This document shows, piece after piece, positions 38,831-50,900 of a stretch of 64,000 bases of DNA. Source of the DNA: Podarcis tiliguerta (lineage: Eukaryota); the NCBI GenBank assembly GCA_965153285.1, contig OZ229114.1. The stretch is one strand, 5' to 3'. A program made the translations under genes and the position numbers. Each line of letters opens with the position of its first letter. Position 1 is the first letter of the stretch. Below the pieces are notes generated by a model. It did no database searches, was not told the origin of the DNA, and saw nothing but the letters and a program-made list of their open reading frames with translations.

Positions 38831-41437
38831 TCATGCTTTAAAAAAAAGACGCAGCGCCATCAGCCAATTTTTAGCTGTTCAAAGACCAAAGGGTCCTTGT
38901 CACAATACTTTGACACATCAGACATGCATAAAACAACACAAGTGATGCAGAATGGGCTAATGCTGGGAACAGAAATGTTTATGTACCTTCGTCATGCCGA
39001 GATAATTGCATGTTCTTAACTCATTTTTGGAATTGGGAATTGTTTTTCAAGTGTTCCGCTGATTTGCAGAATACTTCAGCATTCTGAGCTGAACTTCAAT
39101 TTAGTTGTTTGGGTTCTGTGAGCGTCCTTCCACCATGTTGGTTTTTTAAAGTACAGTATATATATATTTTTTAGTTGAGATTTTTACAGTTGAGATTGAG
39201 AAAGCAGTGTTTTGTGATGATGACCATAATAGAAACTTTGTGTTGCTGTCACTCCTATTTTTATATCCAGCTGGAACATTACATTCTTGAAAAACCAGCA
39301 TGCACATCTTAAGCTCCAAAGCTTTTGTACTTTATTACATCTGCACTTACATTAAATTAATCCCGTCCATTTAGGAAGCTATCGACATAGTACATTAGGA
39401 TTTTAAAAGGATCTTTATATGAAATTGTTCACATTTTCTTACACAATAAGAAGCTTTAACAGCTGTTTAGTTGCAGGATATACTTAGTGGCATAAGGGTA
39501 AGTAGTGATGTGTTACTCAACCATTCCTACTTCATTTATTATTTTTCTACCTACTTTTAACATCAAAACTAGATATGATAATATGCTGGGAGAAGAGTAA
39601 GAATGGGTGCATTGTTATTTGTCATCGTTCCCTCCCCCCACCCCCAATTTTAAAATCATAATGCAACTCAGATAGAACAGACCCAGTTAACACTTGGGGG
39701 TGGGGGAGAAGCAGGGCATCTTTGCCTAAGTTGACAGTTAATTAAAACTATAGTCCTATGGGAATAAATCCCAGTGAACTGTGAAGTGAGATTTATTTCT
39801 GAGTAAACATGTACTGTATAGAATTGCGCTGTAATCTTAACCAGATTTACTAGGGAGCAAGCCCCATTAAACTCAGTAGGATTTATTTCCAGGTTTGGCA
39901 GCTGAAGGTTTTTGGGGCTTTCACCACTGTGAGCTCTGGAAGCAAGCTTTTAATGCAGCTGTTTAAATTTTCTTGATTATCCAAAAATGTTAATAATTGT
40001 ATTGGTTTTGAGGATTTATGTTTTTATTGCATATATTGTACACCACCTAGCACATGTCCACTGCATAATGTAAGCTGTCACCACAAGCACCAGTAGCAAA
40101 TACAACTGCCTGCACATAAAATGAATTGGTCCTTACATGTTCCAGTCCTAAATGCACTTATGATGGTATCCAGCTAGGTTTACTCAGAGCAAACTGATGG
40201 GCCTAAATCAGTTATGTACTCATGTTCATTAATTTCAATGGATCTACTCTGAGTAGGACTAGCATTGGGTACAACCCATAGTTTCAAACAAGCTCTGTGG
40301 CAGTCAGTAGCCGTTACTAAGACGAAAATGTGCTTCGGATCAAAATGTTAAGAGATGATGATCCCACTGAGAAAACCACAATCTTAAACCTGCTTACTCA
40401 GGAGTAAGCACCTGTGGATTCAATAGGACTCACTTCTGAATAGACATAGTTAGAAGAATGCTGTAAATTTAGATGTAATAAGATTGTGCTGTGGTTAAAT
40501 TGTGCTGGAAGTTGTTCAGATGTTTTATTCTTTTTGCAAACCACTTTGAGGGCTTTTTTTTTTTTTTTTACAATCAGGCAGTATATAAATTTTATGAAAT
40601 GAAGTAACTTATTTGTAAAGCTGTATTATTACATCTAAACAGGATTTTAAACTGAGAAAAGGACAATCCTATGGCACACTGTGCTAACAAAGCTGTTGGC
40701 ATAAATACTGCTGCTGAAGGGTTAAAGACTCAGCATTGGGCGCTGAGCCAGTATCTTGTGTTTGTGCCCAATTTGTCAAGTGGGTGGTCATATGTCCTCT
40801 TAAAAAGCTGAAGTCTCAGCCCTAAGCTTATCTATTCAGTAAAAGTATCCAGATACATTTTAGCTTCCAACAAAGGGAGCGGGGAGACTTTCCAATTATG
40901 GCACACTCCACATTTGTTATGGATAGATGCTTATATGGGTCAGATATATCCCTATATTTAATGATACTTGCCAGGTATTACAATGAATGAGGTTACTAAT
41001 TGGAAGAATAAGAAAAAGGAACAACCCAAGTATTTCTGTTCTAATCAGGACTTGGTGCAAAACGGTAGAAAGGTTATTTGTTTTATACACTTGTTTGGTT
41101 TTCTTTTCCTCTTATAGTTAAATACAATGATGATACTTCTTTTGAAACATAGCAATCAAGCCACCTCCCGTCTTCCAATCCTTTAATTAAAAAATAATTT
41201 TAATAATCTAAGCCTGCACTATCTGGCACTTTGGTCTCCAATGATATAGAAGTTGAATTTGTGGCAACACAGTTGGCTTTTTTATGCAAATATGGCTGGC
41301 TGTTAGCCAATTCCTTCTCAAGTGTAGTTGAGAAAATGGGATAATTATTCTGTAGGCTTTTCTGTTCTTCAGATGACAAGAAAGCCTATTCAAATCACTC
41401 CTTCTACTGGTGTGTCCTACATGCAAATGCACTAGAT

Positions 41438-41581
41438 CAGTGCTTCCCCAACTTAGGTCTCCATCTGTTGTTGTTTTTTTGGACTACAATTCCCATCATC
41501 CCTGACCACTGTTCCTGTTAACTAGGAATGATGGAAGTTGTAATCCAAAAACAGATGACGACCCAAGTTTGGGAAACACTG
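41438..41581. mobile_element. hAT-type MITE (same family as 8748)
   Basis: CAGTGCTTCCC/GGGAAACACTG TIRs and the same palindromic core. Its right end is duplicated by the Sauria SINE insertion. Confidence 0.75.
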
Positions 41582-41583
41582 TA

Positions 41584-41911
41584 AAAGGTAAAGGGACCCC
41601 TGACCATTAGGTCCAGTCGTGGCCAACTCATCTCGCTTTATTGGCCAAGGGAGCCAGCGTACAGCTTCCGGGTCATGTGGCCAGCATGACTAAGCCGCTT
41701 CTGGCGAACCAGAGCAGCGCACGGAAACGCCGTTTACCTTCCCGCCGGAGCGGTACCTGTTTATCTACTTGCACTTTGACGTGCTTTTGAACGGCTAGGT
41801 TGGCAGGAGCTGGGACCGAACAACAGGAGCTCACCCTGTCACGGGGATTCGAACCGCCAACCTTCTGATCGGCTAGTCCTAGGCTCTGTGGTTTAACCCA
41901 CAGCGCCACCC
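41584..41911 (-). mobile_element. Sauria SINE, near full length
   Basis: Highly similar to the 34761 copy, with a short internal deletion. 13-bp TSD GGGAAACACTGTA (41571-41583 / 41912-41924). Confidence 0.92.
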
Positions 41912-42668
41912 GGGAAACACTGTATTAGGTGCCAAAATGTGAAGCAGTGAATATGCATACAAATACCTGAGGGATGAAAGGGGCACAGGGGGAAGAGCCC
42001 CGACTACCCAAAGATGCCTCCACCTGGCAGAGATCAAGGGCACACACACACACTGCTCTAGGATTGTGGGGAACACTTACGACAGAGCAGTGCAGAAGCA
42101 TGAATGCATATTAGTGATGCCACCCAGAGTCTCATGAAGGAGCAATTGAGTTCATAGTCCAACTTTCCCTCTTCCAGCCACCCTTTAACTTGTAAAGGGG
42201 CTGTTCCTTCACAGGTTGGGAATCCTTCACAGGTCGGCATAATAAACCTATAATACTGAAAAAGACACTAACTGCAGCAGCTGTTACAGAAAGGAGGAAG
42301 GGGGGAAGCAGTTAGCTGCAGCATCTTGGAAAAGAAGGTACACGCTACAAGACAGGTATGCACCTTGCTATAGCCCTGGATTTACAATTCTGATATGAAT
42401 TCCATGACAGAGCCAACTAATTTGGAGCACTGCTATAGCATAAGCATCAAACGCATTGTTTTTGGCATTTATATGCCAACCTATAAAGCAAAGATCTCTG
42501 GGCCATGTACAGTAAAAAGCAATGCATCATATCCAGTGTTGTGCAAATGAACATGACAATACTTCCCTCCCCCAAGCCTCTCACACAACCCCCAAATTTG
42601 CTTCAAAGGCTCTCCCCACCTTGGGGGACTACAAGGGGAAGAAGGGAAAGTTCTACTGTGCAAGCTGA

Positions 42669-42710
42669 AATACCATTAGATGTCACCCAATACCATTAGA
42701 TGTCACCCAA
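42669..42710 (+). repeat. Perfect 20-bp tandem duplication AATACCATTAGATGTCACCC
   Basis: Directly visible. Confidence 0.9.
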
Positions 42711-43789
42711 AGTAAATCTGAAATGAAAGCATGCAATCAAAGCAAATTAAATACCACATTAAGAACAGAGCACGCAACACCTCCAAGATGTGAATAGTCT
42801 TCACTGTAGTGTGTGGGGTTTTTTTTTTAAAGGAAATGCGCAAACTTTGTGGCGTTTGATCTGCAGCGGTTATTTCACACTTACAAATCATCACATATGC
42901 CCATGTGAAGGAGCATTCAAGGCTTTGACAGTGGTCTCTCTCCCCTGTCCTCCGAATAATCCTTTAAAATTCAGAATGTCAACCTACAAAGGGGGCTTTC
43001 CCATTTTTAAATGTCACAGGAAACAGGAAGGCAAATATGCAAACACGTGAGTAAAAGGAGGGAAGCAACAACTCAAATCTCACTAAAAGACATTTACATT
43101 TCATAGGCTCAGGCTTACAGAAGCCAGACATTAAAACTGCATGTAAAAAATGTTAATCCCGAGGAAAAACAAGGAGGACCAGAGGCAGCAAAATAATTAT
43201 GCAAGGTTGCGGACTATAGACTCCTTACTTCCACCCCCACCCCCAATCACATATTGTTTGCTGCAGATGTACCAGACCTTTTATTTAGGTCAATCACAAA
43301 AGCTGCCAACGTTACTACAGTACTGAGATAGAGTTATGGGTAAGAAATTAGGCCAACGAATACAATTAATTCTGTACAGTTAAAGGGATGAATAATAAAG
43401 GGGAGTGCTCTAATCGGACTACTTTTTATGTTTTCCTCTTCATGGGTTGCAACAGGTCTTCATGAACCATGAAACTAAATAGGTAGCAACTAAGCAACAA
43501 GACTTGTATTTAAACAAAGGACCAACAAAAGCTTTGAGCATTGCGGTGCCCCCGTTTTTTCCATTCTGTGTATGTTTTAACTGCATGGTGTTCTCAGCTT
43601 TCAAAATACCGGGCACATAAAGAAAAACTCCCATATTCTACAAATCAAAATCCAAGGCATTAAATTACCATTAAATTCTACACACTTAACTTGGTTTGAT
43701 CAGAGCTTAGGAAAGCAGTGACGGTACACCGTGTAACGATCAGTGTGTAGACCTTGCTACTGCGCTGGTAGAAAGCCCAACTGCTGCAA

Positions 43790-44050
43790 CCTTTTCCTCA
43801 TCGGGGAGCTGCTCCACCTACTTTAACATTCTGGTTGCCATTTCCTGAACCTTTTCCAGCTCTATGGTATCCTTTGTGAGGTGCAGCAACCAGAACTATA
43901 CCTATTATTTCAGGTGCAGCTTTATTTTCAGTGCTTTCCCCAAGGTTCCCTAGCGCAGAATTTGCCTTTTTCTCTACAGCTGCCATACACTTGGGTCAAC
44001 ATCTTCACTGAGTAGCCCATTACAACCCCAAGGTCATGTTCCTGCTTAAC
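43790..44050 (-). mobile_element. CR1-like ORF2 fragment
   Basis: Minus strand reads as a degenerate CR1 RT C-terminal region (...PHLTKDTIELEKVQEMATRMLK...EQLPDEEK). Confidence 0.55.
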
Positions 44051-44276
44051 TTGAGTAAAGCTCATGTACCTACACTCTTCTCTCTCTTAAATAAAAATGC
44101 TATGTCACTTCTTAAATTTAGATCTTTTAAGAAGTTGTGTGAAATGCACGTAATACTTTACTCACTTGGACTTTTTGAAATCTTAATGAATTAACACTGG
44201 AAAATAAACAACCAGTTTAATGAGAGCCAATAAAAAAGTAGTAGCAATCCCCACGCTCACCCCATAAAGCATTATA

Positions 44277-44293
44277 GTGACACCTACTGGCCA
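44277..44293 (-). promoter_or_regulatory. Candidate CTCF site between the CCAR1 3' end and the STOX1 promoter
   Basis: Minus strand TGGCCAGTAGGTGTCAC versus consensus TGGCCASYAGRKGGCRC. Confidence 0.5.
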
Positions 44294-44711
44294 GTTATGC
44301 AATTGTACATTTTCATAGTGTTTGGTATATTAACGCAGTAATAATAAAAAATGTATAACAAAACCAATCTGTATTTTCATATAAATCCCAATTTACCATT
44401 CTGCTAAGTTCCTTACTATTTTTCTTAATCACTGGGCACCAAAACAGTAATAAGAACAACTTCGAAGTGAGAAGGTTTGATTTAAAGGGAAGAAACTGTG
44501 ACAAGAAATTCAAAATTTTCTTTAAAAATCTTTACTTGCAAAATTAAGCAGCATGCTATGATTTATACCTGAACTTAAAAAGGCTAATTAGACTAAAATA
44601 AAAACCTAAGAATGGCATTTCTATAAATAATGGGGGGAAAGTCTCCACTAGACTTTAAAAGGAAAACATTTGGTAATTAAATACTTGCTACTTTCCATTA
44701 AATTGATGAAC

Positions 44712-44717
44712 TTTATT
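44712..44717 (-). terminator. Probable CCAR1 polyadenylation signal AATAAA
   Basis: AATAAA on minus about 270 nt after the stop codon. Confidence 0.55.
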
Positions 44718-44985
44718 AGCATTCAAACTATAACGAAGTTTGCCCTAAAACATATTTGCAATGCAAAATTATTTTCACTCAAGGAGTGTCTAATAAATTG
44801 AGAGCTATGAATTACAAGCAATGCTTTGAAGCAGGCTCGCACATTTATAAAACTTTTTACATCCTTTGCTTGGACTAAGGTATTTATACTACTCAAATCA
44901 AACATGCACCACTTTCATACACTCCAGTTTCATGATTTATATTACATTATGTGACACCATATTCCCCACAGCAGCAGCAAGTTTG

Positions 44986-47900
44986 TCATACATTTGCTCC
45001 ATTTTCTTTGGATTTCTGATCTTCAATCTTCACAATATCCTGTAGAAAAGGAGGAAATACACTAATGAAGGGTTATATCAACTGAAGCCCTAAGTAACAT
45101 ATAAATTCATATACAGCATTATTCCCATGCTAACAGCAGGTACTATTTTTTAATCACCTGCCATCAGCCACTTAGTGATTAATAAGCATGGATCTTTGTG
45201 TCTTGTGCTTGAAGTGCCAAACTATGACACTATACACTTAAAATGAGTACCTGAATACCTAGGAAAACCAGATTTCAATAGTTGCAAATACTAGTACAAT
45301 TTCAAATACTACTCTTTTACATAATGTGAAATCACAGATATTTGCACATTTTTAATATGCTAGGAGACAAAAACAAAACCTACTACTCTTTCTCCCTCTT
45401 CTTTCCCTCACCCTCCCCTCCCCTCTCCCTCCCACATACACACTTTCAAAGCCAGGGCTGGCAAGAAAATAATATAACTGAAGCAATATTTCAATTTCTT
45501 TTGGGTGTTATCTTCCAAATGTGTGACAGTATCCATTGGCTCCAAAGGATATTGATTATATTGTTCCTCTTGCAATGTGGCTTGACTAAAGAACCACAGT
45601 GGGGTCTCCAAGTAAACAGTCGGTGTCTCTTTAAGGCTTGTTTTTTGATGGAAGTGGGTATTCATCATATAAACATATGAAGAGCCCTGCTGGACCAACC
45701 AGATGCCTAAGGAAAATCTAAAAGCAAGATCTGAGTACAACAGCACTCTCTCCGCTTCTGATTCCCAGCAGTTGGAATTCGGAGGCATGCTGCCTCTTAA
45801 TAGTGGAGGGGAACATAAGCCATCAACAGCTCTATTTTTCATGTATTTTTCTAATCCTTATTTAAAGTCATCTGAGTTGGTGGCCATCACTACCTATTGG
45901 GGGAAGAGAGTTCCATGCACTGTGTGAAGTACTTTCTTTGTGTTTGTCCTGAATCTTCCAACATTCGGCTTCATTAGAACCCAAGAGTTCTAATATTACA
46001 ACAGGGGAAGAAAAAACTTCTCCCAACCCAGTTTCTCCATGCAATGCCTAATCTTATACACCTCTTTCACAGGGATGGGGAACCTCAGGCCCAGGATCCA
46101 AATACAGGCCTCTGTGCGGCCTTCATAACACCCTCCAGGCCACAGCACCTCCATGGTTAGGCAAAGTTTAATAAAGTGCAGTTTGTCTGGTGCACAAGCA
46201 GGCCTCGCTTTGCCCACACAACAGATTAGTTGAATCCCAACCAGAATTAGAAAAACCTTTACCTTCTTAAGAACGCTGTGTATTTCATCCATAACTGTAG
46301 CCAAACTTTTGATTGTCTTATTCAGCTGCCCCTCAAACTGCAAATTTGTATCTTCTGATGCCTTCAAATTCTCTTGTAGCTGGCCAGCATCTTTTTTGAC
46401 TTCTTTAAGTTCTGCAGACAGACCTTTATTCTGATTCTCCAAATTCAATATAGTCTTTTCATCTTCATCTGAAAACCCCCCAAAAAGATTTTAAAACACT
46501 TAATCTTTTACTTTCAGTTTTTCTATATTCCTTCAATCATTACAGAAAAAGCAGCGTTAAAGATGCCATGTACCTAATTATTCAGCTGTATCACCTAGCA
46601 GGGCTAGTAATGTGATTTGGTAAGATGTGTCCTCTTTATTCAGGCCAGAAGACCTGAGTATTCATACACTCCACCCAATTCATAGGAATTGTAATTGTTC
46701 GGCTTTAAAGTATTTTTCTGTTTTAATAATAAACCTTTCTGAATGTGTGAAGCAATAATTCAAATCTCACTCTCTCACCTGTCTTTTCTTCTAGTGACTG
46801 AAGCTTTTGTTCCATCTCAGCTCGGGCTTTTTCACTCTTCTCTAGTTTCTGCAAGAGACTCCCTACATCCACCATAGCTCCATTGTAAACAATGAGGCCA
46901 ACGTTTTCTTCTGAGCTTCTTGGTTCTTGTTTAATAGCAGGTGATGGTAGCAGCAGCCTGTTTCCTATAGGGGGTTAAGAAATATCATTAAAATCAACGT
47001 CACCACCAGACATGTCTGGTGAGTTTCAAGACTCCTACAGTAGAAAATTAGCAAAGTCCCACGTTTTCTCAAGAATTCCAGTGTACTCGCATATTCCAAG
47101 AGTTAAACAAATGTTTCCCTCCCCCACATCCTCAGTCCCAACATAAGGAGCAAAATTCCCACTCAAAAAACTTTCAGATTGTCCATAGTGTTGAGATCGT
47201 CATGTTGGCAAAATATGGAAAAAACAGGATGGGATCCAAATGTGCCGTGTGCAAGCACACACAGACTTCTGCTCATTCAAAATGGTCCCCTCTCTGAATT
47301 TCACTGCTGCAGCCTTTACTACCTACCACATTGAAGAAAGAGTACATGCTATTAAAGTGACACAGGTAGAAGATATTTCACCATACATAATGGTAGACAT
47401 GTCTTCATAGCTAACAAAATTGTGTCACCTAGCATTTCTTCTTGTGGAGTTTCAATTTCTTCTTGATTTTCTTCATCTTTAGAAGTATCCGTCAGTTTTC
47501 TATAAAAGCAAGATTCACGAAGCACCACCTTATTAAGCAGCTTCTTAACCTAAGATAACAGGAGACCAAATTCACATTAATGGTTTGCTCAACAAAGGCA
47601 TGATTCTCATGCATAATATAAGCAATACATTTTTACAATACCTTAAAAAGGCCAAAAAAAATCAAATCTCGAAGCTTGAAATATTTTACAGCAAGAGAAT
47701 AATTTTACGTAAATTATTGACAACAAAATTCTTCTGTATGCATGTGGACTTCAATCATTTATCATTTTTTTCATCATGAATACCCCCTTGTTTCCTTCTT
47801 TTTCTCTAGCAAAGAAAATACAGGTGTATAAAAAGTGACTGGACAAGTCTTATTTCTCTTTATTATACTGCAGTTAATCAGAGGAAAAAAACCCAGAGTG

Positions 47901-50900
47901 ATGCAGACTGAGCGCTGCAAGGCCTTCCCTTTTCTTCATTCCCATACAGCTTTAGCAACAAACCTGAGCTCGTGAGAGATGCAGTCCAAGTGTGTACAGT
48001 ATCTCTTCCAAATCCTTTTCTAGAAGGTATCCACAATGGCATTGATCAAAATAAACGAAAGCCATCAGAAGATCGCGGTTAACAGTTATCATCTGTGTTT
48101 TGTCTCTTTCCTAAAAAACACATTTTATAACAATAAGGCTTTCCCCCCTTTTTTATTATCCATTAGTTATTTCAGAATTAGAAAATATGTACAGTACAGC
48201 TTCCTTAAAGGCATGTGCATATATATACATTTTCTAAAGCGCTACAACACTAAGTACTTTCATAGATGGTTATACAATTTATGAGGACAAGAGATAGGAG
48301 CAGCAGGATCTGACAGAAGTTGTTCCCAGGAGTTAGTTCCCACACTGATTACAGGTCAGAGCTACTAGTATATTACATAATATGGAGAGAGTTTTCACCT
48401 CAATTGGTTTTTGACACTATCTCCAGTAAACAAACCCTTCGGGAAACAGAACTTAAAGACTGATGAAGACAGTTTTGGCAGATAGGCTATTCCTTCCCAG
48501 TTCTCTAGCATCTTCATTGATTCACAGTTAGAAACTCACAGCACTAAATACCTTATCTTTAGAAGCTCTCTCTTTGCAATGCCGGTTTCCCTCTCTTCTG
48601 TCATCTCGTCTGTTCATTTCCTCATCATCCCTATCTATGGAAACAAACATTACCTTCAGCATATTCATATTACATTGGCGCTTTATACTGCTATTATACA
48701 TATCTTAGAATGAAGATGCACATAGCTCACGTGATGCTAAGGGCATCTTACAACATAGAAAGAAACAGCAGAAGTTCTGTTAACACGCATGTGCCAAAGA
48801 TATTATTTCTCTTCTGGACCACTTTGGTTCAATAATCTTAAGTAATAATTGTAGTTTTATAAATTGGATTTTCACATCAAAAGGTACAGAAGTATTGTAC
48901 ACAGTCTGTTACTCACTGCAAATTCACTAGTGTAAATCAACACACATAACCGAGGGCTCTACAGTTTTGCCTTTATCTACACCTGCCACCTTTTAATTAG
49001 AGTAATCATCCCCATATACCATCATCTTCATCTTCAGCATCCTCTGCTTCCATTGGATCGTATTCTTCCTGGTTATTGTCATCTTCCATTTCATCTTCAT
49101 CTTTAGCATCATCCTTCCTCTTATCTTCTCTCTGTAATTAGTTCACAAATATTAACACAATCCAACTATTGGCAGCAGTAATTAAAAAACCTTCAACCAC
49201 ACAAATTGGGGGGTGATATCCAACTGTGTCTGCCCGACTGGGTAATCCGTTTCTGCTTGTGTAATGTCCCTTCTTCTCCTCTACCCTGTTCTCCCTTGTA
49301 TATCTCTAAATCCACTCTAGAAGAACCCTTAGCCCCAGATTCTGGAGTTCACACAGAAGAGAGGAAGGGGGAGTCCATTCATAAAACACTGGATCTCACC
49401 CTTGGTGCAAAAGGTTCTAAAACAAATCACAGAGATCTGGGATTCAATCCCATTCCCCTAGCAAGAGGACGTGAAAACAAATGATGATATTGCTTACGTT
49501 TCTGTATTTCCTATTTGCCCTGAAGAGTGAACCAACAATCAGAAAATTATTAAGCTGAAGCAGTGCTCCAGTTGTCATTGTCTGGGGTAGGGGAGGATTT
49601 ATTTTTTTCATGTAACAATTTGGACTCCTTGTAAGGGGAAGAAATCAGTTATAGAATTCCTATCAGGCAAGATCTGATAAATTAACCAGCATGAGAAATA
49701 AAATTAAAGAAATGTAGTAACAAGCCCTTCCTCCACAAACCGTTCTTAATCCATCAGCTGATTAGTTCTTTCTTCTAATGGCCACTAACCTTCCTGTCAT
49801 CCCTCTCATCTTTTCTTTCTCTCTCATCTCCAGATTTTCTTCTTTTAGGCTTTGGGTCATCATTTTCATCATCTCGTTCTTCCTTTTTCTCTTTCTTCTC
49901 ATCTTTTTTGTTCTTTTTATCTTTTTTATCTTCCTTATCTGGAAGCGACAAGAGGGATCTGTATATTCGGACACCAAAATCCCTTTGAAGCATTTCATTG
50001 AAAAGTTCAGCAAATAATGAAACCTGCACAGGAAGCAACAAACTAGAATTAACAAAGCACCAAAACAGAATTACAAACAGTACACTCGCATAATCTTGTT
50101 AAAATGTAATTAACAGTACACTCTGCTTGTACTTTCGTACATTTCATTTCCTTCTACCTCACTGTGTACTATGCCCCACCCTCAATATACCTACAACTCA
50201 GGATAACACTTTATACATCTGAAAAAATGGACTACGGTCCATGCAAACTCATGCCATAATAAATTAGTTTTTAACATGCCACAAGACTTTTTGCTGGTTT
50301 TGCTAGAAGCGATTAACACCTGAGAAAACAGTTACATAATATTCAACTTCAATACAAGCAATCATATCAAAATCCCTGTTCGTTAAAAGAATGCAGAAAT
50401 AAAAAATTAACCTTGCACTTGAAATTCTGCAGTTTTACAATCTTTTCTTTTGCTTAAACAAAATTCTAGTGAGGAAATTCACCATATCCTCATTTTACAG
50501 AAAGGCAGGCTGAAGTTACAAAATATGGAGTTGCCCAACTATATCCCAATTCCATGGCAAAGTTCAATTTTCTTATAAAGTAGGCCCCACTTGAAGATCA
50601 CTAAGCCACCCCATGTATGGTGCCAGGCTACAGTAGAAGAGAGGGATATAATTGTCATAATTTATTTACTGTAACAGGAGCACAGAAGTCTAGCTTGGTG
50701 CAAATCCAATTCAAATGAATGGAGGCTTCACAGCTGTACTGCTGGTAAACAGTGTCCTTTTTTCTTAATCTGACGTAAGTAATAGAGCTGGCCCTGTCTC
50801 ATCACAGAACCAAGATGAGGGCATAAAATCAAAAGCTTGAAGCCAGAGAGGCTGCACTCTTAAGAGAACAGGGGAACCTTAATTAATTGTATCCAATGTC

